A DNA stretch of 60,475 nt, the filler included, from Sphingomonadaceae bacterium (GTDB taxonomy: Bacteria; Chloroflexota; UBA6077), in NCBI GenBank assembly GCA_050261575.1. It is 3 parts of 3 records of this genome, joined end to end, with 100 filler letters (N's around TTAATTAATTAA, not from the genome) between each part and the next. Parts side by side here need not be neighbours in the genome. Positions count along the whole stretch, not along the records: positions 56,183 to 60,475 come from JBLNDL010000084.1; 2 more parts are not named here. One strand, given 5' to 3'. The stretch's first letter is position 1. The number at the start of each line of letters is the position of its first letter. Of this stretch, positions 60,098 through 60,475 are shown piece by piece. A program made the translations under genes and the position numbers. The notes beneath the pieces were generated by a model, which ran no database searches, was not told the origin of the DNA, and saw only the letters and a program-made list of their open reading frames with translations.

Positions 60098-60356
60098 GCG
60101 GTCCGTCCGGTACATCGCCGATCGGCACCCGCGGCATCGTAGGTGCCGCGTCTCGTTGTGGTTGCTCGCGGCACGCCCAGCCTGCCCCAGTCCCACCATT
60201 GGGACCAACGGCGGGGCACGAGGCCCCGCCCTACGGCAGGAGCAGGCAGGCGGACACGGCAGCCCGCCCCCGCACCTCGGTCTGCGGCAGGATGTAGCCC
60301 CCTGGCGACGACGAGGTCGACCACATCGAAGTGCAGACACAGAAGGAGGACAGACG

Positions 60357-60475
60357 ATGGACGCAAGACCGACAGGCGCGATCGTCCAAAGGGATGACAA
60401 GACCTACGCCATAGTCCCCAGGACCCCGTTGGGGATCGTGACACCGGGCATCCTGCTGAGCATCGCCCGGGTGGC
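60357..60475 (+). CDS. Nitrite/sulfite reductase ferredoxin-like half-domain protein, 3'-partial
   Basis: AGGAGG RBS; MDARPTGAIVQRDDKTYAIVPRTPLGIVTP..L..IARV. Confidence 0.75.
   Translation, partial: MDARPTGAIVQRDDKTYAIVPRTPLGIVTPGILLSIARV

Noticed and set aside
1..60475. tRNA, rRNA or transposase genes
   Set aside because: None recognised by eye; tRNAscan-SE and ISEScan would be needed to exclude them.

Overview
High-GC bacterial sequence, probably a metagenome-assembled genome. Gene content suggests a Chloroflexota-like or other monoderm anaerobe, but this is inference only. The window is three contigs joined by artificial 100-nt N/TTAATTAATTAA spacers (31328-31427, 56083-56182), so adjacency across the gaps is not biological. 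Contig 1 has a NarL-type two-component pair, an aminotransferase, a candidate 6S-like RNA, nrdR, a GAF/PAS kinase and two convergent catabolic operons: mce-LarA-like-UxaA/SAF/UxaA, and LacI-creatininase-Tm1-like-TIM isomerase-TctC-Zn dehydrogenase. It also has an antiporter operon behind a terminator-containing leader, decayed ion-transport genes, pdxA and two deacetylases. Contig 2 has a Moco/Tuco riboswitch upstream of a MOT1-type transporter, ctaG, an IDH-family gene, an Fe-S gene pair, the CIRCE-controlled hrcA-grpE-dnaK-dnaJ-prmA-rsmE-DUF62-mtaB-HIT cluster, hemB, a four-subunit 2-oxoacid:ferredoxin oxidoreductase and sucCD. Contig 3 has a beta-propeller surface protein and an AlbA_2/Schlafen-HATPase-HTH gene. 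The most notable signal is a rhodanese gene (21905-22282, minus strand) that the ORF track truncates. Its active-site CxC position is encoded TGA-GCT-TGA and followed by a SECIS-like hairpin, making it a probable double-selenocysteine (UxU) protein. Other highlights are a dispersed ~74-bp inverted-repeat element family and repeat-like in-frame insertions in housekeeping genes.
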